Source: Acinetobacter corruptisaponis (GTDB taxonomy: Bacteria > Pseudomonadota > Gammaproteobacteria > Pseudomonadales > Moraxellaceae). From it: a DNA stretch of 32,000 nt. Shown here one piece after another: positions 7,398 to 17,163 of the stretch (position 1 is the stretch's first letter; every line of letters begins with the position of its first letter). Below the pieces are notes generated by a model. That model saw only the letters and a program-made list of their open reading frames with translations. It had not been told where the DNA came from and made no database searches. The translations under genes and the position numbers were made by a program. The DNA lies in assembly GCF_030053775.1 (NCBI RefSeq), contig NZ_CP125669.1:1017962-1049961 (forward strand), given 5' to 3'.

Positions 7398-9152
7398 ATG
7401 AACGCTCAAAACCAAAATATGCCAGCTCAAAGCCCAGCTAAAGCATTCCAAACTTATATGCTGAAATACAAATCTCAACTAGAAGCAGCTTTACCTAAAC
7501 ATTTAACCGTGGATCGTATGATTCGCTTATCTTTGACCGCATTTAGTCAAAACCCCGCATTGCAACAGTGTACTTCGAACTCAATTTTTTCGAGCATTAT
7601 TATTGCTTCACAACTCGGACTAGAACCTGGTGTGAATGGTCAGGGTTACTTAGTGCCTTACAAAGATAAATGTACTTTTATTCCAGGCTGGAAAGGTCTT
7701 GTTGATTTAGCACAACGTGGTGGCCGTTCATCTGTTTGGACTGGTGCGGTTTACGAGGGTGATGAATTTGATTATATGCTTGGCGACTCCCCATATTGCC
7801 GTCACAAACCTTGTGGCGAATTTGATGTCGATAAACTGACACACGTTTATGCAATTGGTCGTGTTAAAGATTCAGAAATGCCTATTATTGAAGTGTGGCC
7901 TGTGCGTAAAGTACGTGAACACTTCAAAAAAACAGTTGTTAAGCCTTTACAGCCAAATCATTACTCACATAAACATTTTGAAGCATATGCTCGTAAAGTA
8001 GCTTTATTGCAAGTATTAAAGTACATGCCTCAATCTATTGAATTATCAAATGCAATGGATGTTTCTAATGCTCAAGAGTCTGGTAAGGGTGTAACAATTG
8101 ATGGCGATTTCGTGACCGTTGATACCAATCAATATCAAGAACAGGATCAAAATGTCCAAACTTCAACACAAAATGAGGTGTCAAATCACCAGAATTATGA
8201 GGATGAGAGCCAAGTTTCACAGCAAAAAGTAATGCAAAATGAAGTTGTTGAGGATTACGCACCAACATTTACTCAGATTAAACGTGGTATTTTGTCAGCA
8301 AAATCCCCTGCTCATCTTGATGTTATGGAAGAGCAAGCAATGGATCATGCGGATAAAGAAGAGCGCAAACAATTAATGACTCTGATCAAAGCTCAAGGCC
8401 AGAAGTTCCAACCCATTGCGGAGGTATCCACAGCAAAAAAGCCTGAACCTGTTCTCATTAATGATGGGTTAGGTGAAGTTGTTGATGCAGAAGTTACAGA
8501 AGATGACTTGCAACAGCTTGAGCAACGGCAAGCTAACGATACTCAAAAAATCCAGTCAAAGAATGCCGAAAAAGCCACATCACTTTCAATCCGTAGAGAA
8601 TACTTACTTCGCATGAATGCAGCTACATCACAGGATGATTTGAATAAAATCCATGATGAGTTCTTAAAAAATGATGGTTTGACTGGTACACATCTATCCT
8701 ACCTGAAAGACACATATACCCAGTTGAAGCAAAAGTTCACTCCACCACCAGTTAAAGAAGAACCTAAGGCTACAGTTGTAGGACCTGATCCGATTAAAAG
8801 CAATTCTGTTAAAGCTGGTCTTGAGCGAATGATTGCTGAGGCAAAAGATGTGGTATCGCTTGAGGCGGAAGTGGCAAGAACGATTAAAGGCAATGAGTCA
8901 AAGCTGACACAGGAACATAACCAAGCGGTATCGATGGCCTATGCACATCGTAAAGAGGTACTGTCACAGCAAGATATTTTTGAAGATGAATTAAGTCTGG
9001 TTGACTCCTATCTTCAAAGTATTGAACACGCCGCAAGCATTGATCGTTTAAACGAAATTATGAGTGATCCAGCAGTAAATAGCTTGCCAGATGACGAGAC
9101 TGCACAAATCAATAATGCCTATGACCGCCGCTATGCAGAGTTACAGGGTTAA
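7398..9152 (+). CDS. recT: RecT-family single-strand annealing protein with a ~350-aa C-terminal extension (584 aa)
   Basis: Residues ~20-235 carry the RecT pattern (SLTAFSQNPALQQCTSNSIFSSIIIASQLGLEPG...GYLVPY...FIPGWKGLVDLAQRGG). The remainder is Q/E/D-rich with four ~40-aa repeats. Confidence 0.8.
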   Translation: MNAQNQNMPAQSPAKAFQTYMLKYKSQLEAALPKHLTVDRMIRLSLTAFSQNPALQQCTSNSIFSSIIIASQLGLEPGVNGQGYLVPYKDKCTFIPGWKGLVDLAQRGGRSSVWTGAVYEGDEFDYMLGDSPYCRHKPCGEFDVDKLTHVYAIGRVKDSEMPIIEVWPVRKVREHFKKTVVKPLQPNHYSHKHFEAYARKVALLQVLKYMPQSIELSNAMDVSNAQESGKGVTIDGDFVTVDTNQYQEQDQNVQTSTQNEVSNHQNYEDESQVSQQKVMQNEVVEDYAPTFTQIKRGILSAKSPAHLDVMEEQAMDHADKEERKQLMTLIKAQGQKFQPIAEVSTAKKPEPVLINDGLGEVVDAEVTEDDLQQLEQRQANDTQKIQSKNAEKATSLSIRREYLLRMNAATSQDDLNKIHDEFLKNDGLTGTHLSYLKDTYTQLKQKFTPPPVKEEPKATVVGPDPIKSNSVKAGLERMIAEAKDVVSLEAEVARTIKGNESKLTQEHNQAVSMAYAHRKEVLSQQDIFEDELSLVDSYLQSIEHAASIDRLNEIMSDPAVNSLPDDETAQINNAYDRRYAELQG

Positions 9153-9199
9153 TTTATATACCCCCACTCATGCGGTGGGTGGGGTTGTAGGAGAGTGTT

Positions 9200-9502
9200 A
9201 TGGATTTTCAAATAAATGGCTATCAACTAATTGAAAACTGTGATGAAGCCATATATGCAGCAAAAACAAAAGAAGATGTTTATCAATATTACATTGAAAA
9301 TTATGGTGAAACAGAAACATCTAAAGAACAGTTTTTAAATGGTCTTTTTGTGTATGACCTATCATCTGAGGATGTTCATAAAATTCGTGATTTTATTAAT
9401 GACGATACTGGTGAGGACTACATAAGTAGTTATTACCAACATTATAAAGATGCGGCCATTAAAGATACTGGTTGTCAGCCTGTTTTATTTATGAATATTT
9501 AA
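9200..9502 (+). CDS. strongly acidic hypothetical protein (100 aa)
   Basis: A GGAGAG Shine-Dalgarno lies 6 nt upstream. By hand count there are 20 D/E versus 7 K/R. No family recognised. Confidence 0.55.
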   Translation: MDFQINGYQLIENCDEAIYAAKTKEDVYQYYIENYGETETSKEQFLNGLFVYDLSSEDVHKIRDFINDDTGEDYISSYYQHYKDAAIKDTGCQPVLFMNI

Positions 9503-9511
9503 GGTGCTGAT

Positions 9512-9742
9512 ATGAATAATAGCATCGTATTACGTGAATCTGACATTGATAAAGCCATATTAAGTGGTGTGAATGTCACTAAAAGTCTAGTTCAGCATCT
9601 TGAAAATGTGTTGATTGAAAAGGCCTTGATTAAAACAAAAGGTAATCAAAGGGCTGCGGCTGAATTAATCGGAATGAGTAGAACCAAGCTGGGGCAAAGA
9701 GCAAGAGTGTTGGCTAAAACAAGAAAGCCATGTGAGGTGTGA
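9512..9742 (+). CDS. Fis-type (HTH_8) DNA-binding protein (76 aa)
   Basis: The C-terminus LIEKALIKTKGNQRAAAELIGMSRTKLGQRARVL matches the Fis/NtrC C-terminal HTH pattern. Confidence 0.6.
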   Translation: MNNSIVLRESDIDKAILSGVNVTKSLVQHLENVLIEKALIKTKGNQRAAAELIGMSRTKLGQRARVLAKTRKPCEV

Positions 9743-9974
9743 TGTGTCTTGTTTAATTAACGTATCAGAATTCATTAAGCGTGTTTATGGTAGCAAGGAG
9801 GCTGGCGCCACTCCCCCAGCTTCTCAAACTATTACCCGTAAATGCCGTAACGGTAAATTGCCAGCCGAATTACATGGCGCAGAAGATGGTAAAAGAGGCA
9901 CCTGGTATATAAATTGGGATATTTACCAAAAACAGACTGGTAATGACCTCGTTGATAAAGTTCTTAGAGGCTAA
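9732..9974 (+). CDS. xis: excisionase (lambda Xis-like winged helix); start ambiguous (GTG 9732 or GTG 9744)
   Basis: The pattern ...TITRKCRNGKLPAE...GKRGTWYINWDIY resembles the lambda Xis layout. It is directly upstream of int. A GAGGTG Shine-Dalgarno at 9734-9739 favours the 9744 start. Confidence 0.6.
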   Translation: MRCDVSCLINVSEFIKRVYGSKEAGATPPASQTITRKCRNGKLPAELHGAEDGKRGTWYINWDIYQKQTGNDLVDKVLRG

Positions 9975-9976
9975 TA

Positions 9977-11101
9977 ATGGCTCGTCCACGTAACAAAAAA
10001 AACAAGGATTTACCCGCAAACCTCTATCGAGGTGAGGGTAAAACTTGGAGATACCGCCACCCTGTCACTGGCAAGTTTACCAATTTTGGCAATGATAAAA
10101 ATAATGCCATAAATGCGGCCAGAAAACTGAATGATTTACTCATCCCAAGAACTGACCTTGTGGGTAAGGTGATAGGAACCATAAGCTTTGCTAAATTTGC
10201 TGACGATTATTTAGAAAATAAAAGACGTAAAGATGGACGTCCGATCGCCAGCAACTCAAAACGGATGTATAAATTCAATATTGAGCGATTGAAAGATAGA
10301 TGGCCAAACATAGGTATTGATGAAATAACCCTCTTGATGGTTAATCAGCTACTTGATGATTTTCCACCAAGCACAGGAAAAAGCTGCCGTAGCCTACTGA
10401 ATGAAATTTTTGATTTAGCGATCAGCAAGGGTCTACGTGAAGATAATCCAGCACGGGCTACAATCACCAAGCACACCACCAAACAACGTAAACGACATAC
10501 ACTTGAGGGCTTAAAGAAAGTTCGTGATATGTGCGATCCGTGGCTGCAAAATGCGATTGATATATCAATGCTGACTACACAGCGCCGCATAGATATTCTT
10601 AACCTTAAATGGACAGATATTTATGATGGTTATCTGCATGTTGCCCAGGAAAAAACCACAGATGACCCTGAGGATGATTTTGAGATTTTAGAGGGTGCTG
10701 GTTATATTCGGATTAAAATTGATGCTGAACTGCAAAAAGTTTTAGAACGATGCAAAGCTGATAATCTGGTTAGCCCCTTTATTATTCGGAAAATTCCAGA
10801 TAAACGAGGTAGACGAAACAAAACACCTAAGGAGCATTGGACCCAAATTCATCCAACACATCTCAGTAATAAGTTTAAATATGCTGTGGTGAAATCCCAA
10901 GCATACCCAACATATACAGCAAAACAGTTGCCAACGTTCCACGAAATACGCGCATTATCAATTTTTCTTCATAAGAAAGCTGGTAGGAGTGCCCAGGCAT
11001 TAGCTGGACATACCACGCCAGCAATGACAGATAAATATGCAAGTGGCCATGAAATAATCTGGAATGATGTAGACGTGGGTATTAAACTCCCATTTGCTTA
11101 A
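9977..11101 (+). CDS. int: tyrosine integrase, lambda Int-like with an N-terminal arm-binding domain
   Basis: The N-terminus LPANLYRGEGKTWRYRHPVTGKF resembles the lambda arm-binding domain. Catalytic pattern: R (TTQRRIDIL), HxxR (FHEIRAL) and H...Y (LAGHTTPAMTDKYASG). Confidence 0.9.
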   Translation: MARPRNKKNKDLPANLYRGEGKTWRYRHPVTGKFTNFGNDKNNAINAARKLNDLLIPRTDLVGKVIGTISFAKFADDYLENKRRKDGRPIASNSKRMYKFNIERLKDRWPNIGIDEITLLMVNQLLDDFPPSTGKSCRSLLNEIFDLAISKGLREDNPARATITKHTTKQRKRHTLEGLKKVRDMCDPWLQNAIDISMLTTQRRIDILNLKWTDIYDGYLHVAQEKTTDDPEDDFEILEGAGYIRIKIDAELQKVLERCKADNLVSPFIIRKIPDKRGRRNKTPKEHWTQIHPTHLSNKFKYAVVKSQAYPTYTAKQLPTFHEIRALSIFLHKKAGRSAQALAGHTTPAMTDKYASGHEIIWNDVDVGIKLPFA

Positions 11102-11109
11102 ATGACTCA

Positions 11110-11148
11110 AATACTTACTGCAAAACCTATCAGTAAGTATTTGTTTTC
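11110..11148 (+). terminator. hairpin downstream of int (possible terminator or arm-type structure)
   Basis: AATACTTACTG (11110-11120) pairs with CAGTAAGTATT (11131-11141) across a 10-nt loop, followed by TGTTTTC. Confidence 0.35.
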
Positions 11149-11311
11149 TATATATTCTATATGTTCGATTTGTGCTATATATTTCATCATTTTTAGCACT
11201 ATAAAGGCTATAAATATCATATAGATACATATACTTTTTTCATATTTCTGAAATATTCATAACAAAGATGAATCAATCAGAAATCGTTGGGAACAGATGA
11301 AGCATTCTTGC

Positions 11312-12106
11312 CTAATGCAAGTGCCAAGTCCCATTTTGATCACGCTCACCCAGTATTTTTAAGACCAGAACCAAGCTTAACAATAACAGTAAATACCAGG
11401 AACCCAGTTTCCCCCAGCCGACCATATGCCATGCATCAACCTGACTTGGATAAAGCCAGATTTTATAGAAAGTACTGATATTCTCAGCAATCCAGATCAG
11501 GAATGCGAGTATCAGCAAAATCGGCAGCATAGGAACCTTGAAACGATGTTGGGCGAGTTGAAAATATAATTTTGTTTTCCAGAAAATCACCACACTCCAG
11601 ATAAATAATCCCATACGAATATCAGGAATAAAGAATTTGGTCATGAAATTTAAATAAGACAAAACTGCCAGGCACAACATATTGCCAAACTGGGGGAGAT
11701 TTTCAAAAGACACCTGATACAGGCGGAGTGACCTTGCAAAAAAGCTGCCTACAGCCGAATACATAAAACCCGCAAATAGTGGCACCGTCAGCAACTTGAA
11801 TATTGCAGGCTGAGGATATTGCCATGATGCAATCGCAGGATGAGTCAGAAAAATCTCCATCCCCATCGCCATAATATGGAATAAGGCAATGACCTTGGCT
11901 TCATCCCAGGATTCAAGTTTTAAATACAGCAGGCAAATCTGGATAATCAGCGCATAAAACAACAAATAGTCATAACGGTAAAAACCGTAATATTCCTGGC
12001 TTCCCATCGGTGCAGTCATTGCAAAAGCAATTAAAAGCAGCAATCCAAATAAGGCAGCCGAAGCTGCCCTACTGATAAAATTGAGTGGTAATACAATCAA
12101 CTGCAC
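11312..12106 (-). CDS. polytopic inner-membrane protein (resembles the DUF817 family)
   Basis: A 264-aa ORF with ~8 hydrophobic segments. The family call is from memory of DUF817-like sequences and is not verified. Confidence 0.6.
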   Translation of the reverse strand: MQLIVLPLNFISRAASAALFGLLLLIAFAMTAPMGSQEYYGFYRYDYLLFYALIIQICLLYLKLESWDEAKVIALFHIMAMGMEIFLTHPAIASWQYPQPAIFKLLTVPLFAGFMYSAVGSFFARSLRLYQVSFENLPQFGNMLCLAVLSYLNFMTKFFIPDIRMGLFIWSVVIFWKTKLYFQLAQHRFKVPMLPILLILAFLIWIAENISTFYKIWLYPSQVDAWHMVGWGKLGSWYLLLLLSLVLVLKILGERDQNGTWHLH

Positions 12107-12150
12107 GAAACTGATCCTAGCTGGTTTAGCCTTGAAATACCTTTTAAATA

Positions 12151-13224
12151 TCAGCCTAGATATTTCGCGCTATATTCATGTACGGTATCCACAAAAATCT
12201 TTGGTTGGGCTGGATCGACCCATTGGGTAATACCATGCCCTAAATTAGCGATATAACCTGTTTTTTCACCATTGCGATAGGCATCATCCAGCATGGCTTT
12301 AACTGCTTTTTCAATGGATGCCGTCGAACCATAAAGCGTAGCTGGATCAAGATTCCCCTGCAAGGCGGCTCGTCCAGCAACCACATCTCTTGCAGTATAA
12401 AGTGGCGTTGTCCAGTCCAGTCCAAATGCATCTGCACCTGTTGTCAGCATTGCTTCCAACCATTGACCACCACCTTTGGTAAAGACAATAATCGGAATAC
12501 GGCGACCATCTTTTTCACGCTGAAGCCCAGCAATGATTTTGGTCATATAGTTCAATGAAAATTCAACATATTCCCGATGTGCCAGCGCCCCGCCCCAGCT
12601 ATCAAAAATCTGGATGGCCTGTGCACCCGCATCAATCTGTGCATTGAGATAATCAATCACTGAATCTGCTAAATGATCAAGCAAGGCATGTAGAACTTCT
12701 GGCTGTGCATACATCATATTCTTGGTAAAGCGGAACTCCTTGCTGGAACCGCCTTCCACCATATAGGTCGCTAAAGTCCACGGGCTTCCAGAAAAACCGA
12801 TTAAAGGCACTTGCCCGCCTAAAGCAGATCGAATGGCTGAAACGGCATTCATGACATAGGCCAGGTCAGACTTGGCATTGAGTTTCGGTAGATTCGCGAC
12901 ATCTTGTTCAGTGCGTACTGTTTTATGAAACTTTGGGCCTTCCCCCGCCTCAAAATACAATCCCAACCCCAGTGCATCAGGGATGGTTAAAATATCAGAA
13001 AATAGAATTGCGGCATCCAGTTCGTAACGGCGTAAAGGTTGCAAAGTGACTTCACAGGCAAATTCTGTATTTTTACATAGAGATAAGAAATCCCCCGCCT
13101 GCGCACGGGTTTCTCGGTATTCTGGTAAATAACGTCCTGCCTGACGCATCATCCATACAGGTGTGGTGTCTACAGGTTCACGTAATAAAGCTCGTAAAAA
13201 ACGATCATTTTTCAACGTTGTCAT
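12151..13224 (-). CDS. hemE: uroporphyrinogen decarboxylase
   Basis: [37 protein letters not shown] is the canonical HemE N-terminus. The ATG at 13224 is preferred over the TTG at 13230. Confidence 0.92.
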   Translation of the reverse strand: MTTLKNDRFLRALLREPVDTTPVWMMRQAGRYLPEYRETRAQAGDFLSLCKNTEFACEVTLQPLRRYELDAAILFSDILTIPDALGLGLYFEAGEGPKFHKTVRTEQDVANLPKLNAKSDLAYVMNAVSAIRSALGGQVPLIGFSGSPWTLATYMVEGGSSKEFRFTKNMMYAQPEVLHALLDHLADSVIDYLNAQIDAGAQAIQIFDSWGGALAHREYVEFSLNYMTKIIAGLQREKDGRRIPIIVFTKGGGQWLEAMLTTGADAFGLDWTTPLYTARDVVAGRAALQGNLDPATLYGSTASIEKAVKAMLDDAYRNGEKTGYIANLGHGITQWVDPAQPKIFVDTVHEYSAKYLG

Positions 13225-13425
13225 TACCAATCTCTAAATTCTTTCATGTGGAACGCATCATAACAAAGTTAGCCTGGAATTTATAATTTCAATTCCATAC
13301 AAACATTACACCTTTAAAATAAAAATTTCGCTTTGACACAAAACTGCTACTGCAAGCGTAATTATTTTCTGTAATACTTGTAATATCTTATATCTCAATA
13401 TGAATAATTCTTAAGGTTAAATTGC

Positions 13426-14631
13426 ATGTTTGTTCGCTCATTACTCGCTGTGAGTTTAAGTTCTATTCTTATCAATGTTGCTTTAGCTGCACCTACAACT
13501 GAGCAACCTTTAAATCCCAAAAAAATTTCAACCTCAGTTGAAGATCCAATTGATCCTTTAGCAATTGATGTTGCGTCATCTTCAAGTTCGGTCGCGCAGG
13601 CAGCCTCAGAACCACAGGCAGACACACAGGCGGCGGCTTCTGAACCACAACCCAATAATGCCGCCTCAACTGTTTCCCAGAATCTGGAAAAGGCTCCAGA
13701 TTCAGCAGCAACATCTAAATCAGTGCCTACAGGCTGGAATCTAGACTCACTTAATAATGCCGAGTGGTCTGAAAATATGCCGAAAGGCCAATACCCTGCC
13801 TATGCACGTGCCCATGTCATGTTGAACAATGCACATGCATCACCAGGTGCGATTGATGGCGCCAATGGTAAAAACACGCTGAAAGCGATTGCGTCATTCC
13901 AGCAAATGAATGGCATCACCCCAACAGGTGAGCTCACCAAGGAAACATGGGATGCACTGGTTTCCCAGCAAACCAAACCAGCCTATGTTGAATACACCAC
14001 AACCGATGCTGATTTTAAGGGCCCTTATGCAGACTCAATCCCATCAGATTATGCGCTGCAAGCCAAAATGAAAGGCCTTTACTACACACGTGTGACAGAA
14101 ATGCTCGGTGAAAAGTTTCACATGGATGAAAAATTCCTGAGACAGCTCAACCCAACCGCAACATTCAAAAAACCAGGTGAAAAAATCGTTGTTGCCAATG
14201 TGCGTAACGACTTGCCTGAAGACATCCATTTAATCGTGGCACATAAAGGCGCAAAACAGCTTTATCTGTTTAATAGCCGTAACCAGATGATTGCATCATT
14301 TCCTGCGACAATTGGTAGTTCTGACACACCTTCTCCAACAGGTACCTATAAAGTGGTAGGTGTTGCGAAAAACCCATACTACAGCTACTCACCATCGAAC
14401 TTTGTTCAGGGGAAAAACCTTAAGCCACTGACCTTGCCACCTGGTCCCAACGCACCTGTGGGCAATATCTGGATTGGTTTGAGTAAAAAATCATTTGGTA
14501 TTCATGGTACGCCAAACCCATCATTAATTTCCAAGACCGCCTCACATGGTTGTATCCGTTTAACCAACTGGGATGCCAATGACTTGGGGAATAAAGTCCG
14601 TTCAGGTGTAACCGTAAAATTCCTTGAATAA
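13426..14631 (+). CDS. L,D-transpeptidase (YkuD domain) with signal peptide and PG-binding-like domain
   Basis: Signal peptide ...INVALA/AP and catalytic motif GIHGTPNPSLISKTASHGCIRLTNWDANDL. An N-terminal low-complexity linker has AASEPQ twice. Confidence 0.88.
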   Translation: MFVRSLLAVSLSSILINVALAAPTTEQPLNPKKISTSVEDPIDPLAIDVASSSSSVAQAASEPQADTQAAASEPQPNNAASTVSQNLEKAPDSAATSKSVPTGWNLDSLNNAEWSENMPKGQYPAYARAHVMLNNAHASPGAIDGANGKNTLKAIASFQQMNGITPTGELTKETWDALVSQQTKPAYVEYTTTDADFKGPYADSIPSDYALQAKMKGLYYTRVTEMLGEKFHMDEKFLRQLNPTATFKKPGEKIVVANVRNDLPEDIHLIVAHKGAKQLYLFNSRNQMIASFPATIGSSDTPSPTGTYKVVGVAKNPYYSYSPSNFVQGKNLKPLTLPPGPNAPVGNIWIGLSKKSFGIHGTPNPSLISKTASHGCIRLTNWDANDLGNKVRSGVTVKFLE

Positions 14632-14655
14632 TTTCAGGGTTATTCCAAGTAAATT

Positions 14656-14691
14656 AAAACCGAATATTATTCACTAATATTCGGTTTTTTT
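14656..14691. terminator. bidirectional rho-independent terminator between convergent genes
   Basis: AAAACCGAATATT (14656-14668) pairs with AATATTCGGTTTT (14676-14688), with A- and T-tracts on both sides. Confidence 0.6.
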
Positions 14692-14703
14692 AATCGCCAA
14701 GTT

Positions 14704-15972
14704 TTATTCAACAATAGGCAATGGTTGATAATAGATTTGATTACGACCTAACTGCTTGGCCCGATATAATGCCTTGTCCGCAGTCTGAATCAGGAAATCC
14801 TGACTGATTTTAGGATTACCATTAAAAACCGTAATGCCCAAACTAATGGTGACATAATTAGAGACCAGTGATTTCTCATGTACAATCATTAATCGGTCAA
14901 TGGCGCGGTAAATATTGGTTGCAACCGCATAGGCACCTTGGGCAGAAGTCTCAGGTAACAGCACCACAAACTCCTCTCCCCCATAACGTGCAATAAAATC
15001 CATATGGCGAATCGAACTTTTTATGGTTTTCGCGATTTCAGAAATCACCTGATCACCCATCTGATGACCATAAAAATCGTTGTAGTTTTTAAAATAATCA
15101 ATATCAATAAACAGCACAGATAACGACGTGCTTTCCTTACATGCCAAGTTATAGTAATGGGTAAACATCTCCTCAAAAGTACGACGATTCGACACATTGG
15201 TCAGTTCATCATGCTGACTTAGATGGAGCAGTTCGGAGGCTTGTAAGCGTAAGATTTTCTCATCAATCTCAGATATTTTTGATTTTATAAAAATCCGTCG
15301 CTCTTTAGAAGTCAGCATTACACTGATGGAAAAACCGAGGAGCAGGCTTCCAATAAAGGTCCGACCTATCATCAAAAGGTCATAGGGAATATTTAAAAAA
15401 TAAAGAAAAAACAGGGTAACAATTGCCGCGAAAGAACCGATCCACAGCATATGCAAGGGTTTGATACCACTCAGGATAAAGCCCAGCATGTATAAGAAAG
15501 CAACCAGCACCATTGCCTGATTCTGCAACACCACATTAGAGACGCCAATCATCAACAATGAAGTCAGTACAATGGTAAAAAAAACAATCGTGCAGGCGGC
15601 TGGATAAAAGAAAATTCTTAGGTTTCTAAAACGGGAAAAGGCCCAGAATAAAAACAGTGCGGCCCCCACAACAATTAAGCTTAAAATGCTGTAGATAAAA
15701 TCGAGAACAAAATGTGGGCTTTCACGAAGAACAAAATAATTGGAGGGTAAGATCAACAGTACAAAAATGGTATAGGTAATCACACCCTGACCAAAAAACT
15801 GAATGGCATTGACACGTGTTCGGTCAATATTGAATGCCCAAAACTCATCTTCCAACTTTTTAGGGAGTAGGGTCTGCTGGTTATTTGATTTAAAATGCTG
15901 GGCAACAAGCTGCTCTAGATCTTCTTTTGACCTCCGTAATTGATCAAGATCATACTGGTTATCCATCCTCAA
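14704..15972 (-). CDS. membrane-bound diguanylate cyclase (GGDEF domain)
   Basis: Multiple N-terminal TM segments are followed by a coiled linker. The active site is RYGGEEF, with an RxxD (RHMD) I-site 5 residues upstream. Confidence 0.88.
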   Translation of the reverse strand: MRMDNQYDLDQLRRSKEDLEQLVAQHFKSNNQQTLLPKKLEDEFWAFNIDRTRVNAIQFFGQGVITYTIFVLLILPSNYFVLRESPHFVLDFIYSILSLIVVGAALFLFWAFSRFRNLRIFFYPAACTIVFFTIVLTSLLMIGVSNVVLQNQAMVLVAFLYMLGFILSGIKPLHMLWIGSFAAIVTLFFLYFLNIPYDLLMIGRTFIGSLLLGFSISVMLTSKERRIFIKSKISEIDEKILRLQASELLHLSQHDELTNVSNRRTFEEMFTHYYNLACKESTSLSVLFIDIDYFKNYNDFYGHQMGDQVISEIAKTIKSSIRHMDFIARYGGEEFVVLLPETSAQGAYAVATNIYRAIDRLMIVHEKSLVSNYVTISLGITVFNGNPKISQDFLIQTADKALYRAKQLGRNQIYYQPLPIVE

Positions 15973-16128
15973 TACTCTTTTTATAATGCACTATTCTTAT
16001 GCCGCATAAAAATAACACAAAATCGCATTTTGTCATGTGCTTTGGTTAACCACTTATCCGTAATTGTAGTTACCATTTTCACACTATATGCATTATTATT
16101 TGTATTATTTTTAAGTTTGAAGTACGCC

Positions 16129-17163
16129 TTGAATACTCTTACACTTTTACAACCAGATGATTGGCACGCACACTTGCGTGATGGTTTAGCCCTAAAACGC
16201 ACTGTACCTGATTTGGCAAAACAATTTGCACGCGCGATTTGTATGCCGAACCTTGTTCCACCAGTCAAAACTGTAGAAGAAGCTTTAGCATACCGCGAGC
16301 GTATTCTTGCCCATGTGCCAGAGGGAATCAATTTCGATCCACGTATGGTGCTGTATTTTACTGATCATACCCCTCCAGACGAAGTTCGTAAAATTAAAGA
16401 CTCTGAATTTGTGAATGCCATCAAGCTTTATCCTGCTGGTGCCACCACAAATTCGGACAATGGTGTCAGCGATATCCGTAAGGTGTATGCGGTAATTGAA
16501 CAGCTTGAAGAACATCAGGTGCCTTTACTATTACATGGTGAAGTGACCCACAACCATGTTGACATTTTTGACCGTGAAAAACGTTTCCTTGATGAAATCC
16601 TCTCCCCCCTCCTAAAACAGTTTCCAAAATTAAAGGTGGTATTGGAACACATCACCACCAGCGATGCAGCCAATTTTGTGCTTGAGCAGGATCGCAATGT
16701 TGCCGCGACCATCACTCCACAACATTTATTGTTTAACCGTAATGATATGTTGGTTGGCGGGGTCAAGCCACATTTTTACTGCCTGCCGATTTTAAAGCGT
16801 CAAACTCATCAAACCACATTACTGGAAGTTGCAACCAGCGGTAATCCAAAATTCTTCCTAGGGACAGACAGTGCACCTCATGCACAAAATGCCAAGGAAA
16901 ATGCCTGTGGTTGTGCAGGTTGTTATAGTGCGCCAAATGCGATTGAATTGTATGCTCAGGCATTTGACCAAGTGGGTAAATTAGAGCGCCTAGAGGGTTT
17001 TGCCAGCATATTCGGTGCTGACTTCTATGGTTTGCCACGCAATACCTCTACCATCACGCTGGTCAAGGAAGAAAATACCGTAGCTGAATCATTTGACTAT
17101 CTTGATGGTCAGAAAATTATTCCACTTCATGCAGGAAAAACACTGCAATGGAGAAAAGTGTGA
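16129..17163 (+). CDS. pyrC: dihydroorotase, class II (TTG start inferred)
   Basis: [13 protein letters not shown] is the conserved PyrC N-terminal metal-binding motif. There is no in-frame ATG nearby, and a TTG at 16129 gives a ~344-aa product. The long upstream ORF extension overlaps the divergent GGDEF gene. Confidence 0.85.
   Translation: MNTLTLLQPDDWHAHLRDGLALKRTVPDLAKQFARAICMPNLVPPVKTVEEALAYRERILAHVPEGINFDPRMVLYFTDHTPPDEVRKIKDSEFVNAIKLYPAGATTNSDNGVSDIRKVYAVIEQLEEHQVPLLLHGEVTHNHVDIFDREKRFLDEILSPLLKQFPKLKVVLEHITTSDAANFVLEQDRNVAATITPQHLLFNRNDMLVGGVKPHFYCLPILKRQTHQTTLLEVATSGNPKFFLGTDSAPHAQNAKENACGCAGCYSAPNAIELYAQAFDQVGKLERLEGFASIFGADFYGLPRNTSTITLVKEENTVAESFDYLDGQKIIPLHAGKTLQWRKV

Larger units (their letters stand above)
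1..11311. mobile_element. Lambdoid prophage, integrase-proximal arm (left part outside window; right att boundary lies somewhere in 11102-11311)
   Basis: The layout mirrors lambda: cro / cI divergent pair, O-like initiator with internal iterons, RusA, exo/recT recombination module, then xis-int at the end. Housekeeping genes start at 11312. attL is not in the window, so the core att sequence cannot be defined. Confidence 0.75.

Noticed and set aside
9153-9199. Hairpin CCCAC...GTGGG after recT considered as a terminator
   Set aside because: The stem is short (5-6 bp) with no following T-tract, and it sits inside an operon that clearly continues. At most it is a weak attenuator.
11000-11230. 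76-aa minus-strand ORF overlapping the end of int and the AT-rich att region
   Set aside because: It is composed of Tyr/Ile/Ser from very AT-rich DNA and overlaps the integrase catalytic-Tyr region. It most likely is non-coding att-arm DNA.
11242-11256. Palindrome ATATTTC-T-GAAATAT near the prophage/chromosome junction considered as the att core or a terminator
   Set aside because: The att core cannot be assigned without the other prophage end. The flanking A/T runs are on the wrong sides for a terminator of the adjacent minus-strand gene.
13395-13714. Minus-strand ORFs (86 and 73 aa) at the 5' end of the L,D-transpeptidase gene
   Set aside because: They are antisense to the signal peptide and low-complexity linker of a well-supported gene.
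15940-16128. ATG at 15940 as the start of pyrC (407-aa version)
   Set aside because: The extra 63 codons overlap the divergent GGDEF gene start and the intergenic promoter, and translate to hydrophobic nonsense. The conserved PyrC sequence begins at LQPDDWHAH, so the TTG at 16129 is preferred.
15981-17038. Chain of minus-strand ORFs (116, 76, 83, 91 aa) inside pyrC
   Set aside because: They are antisense frames of a highly recognisable enzyme gene, with no independent support.
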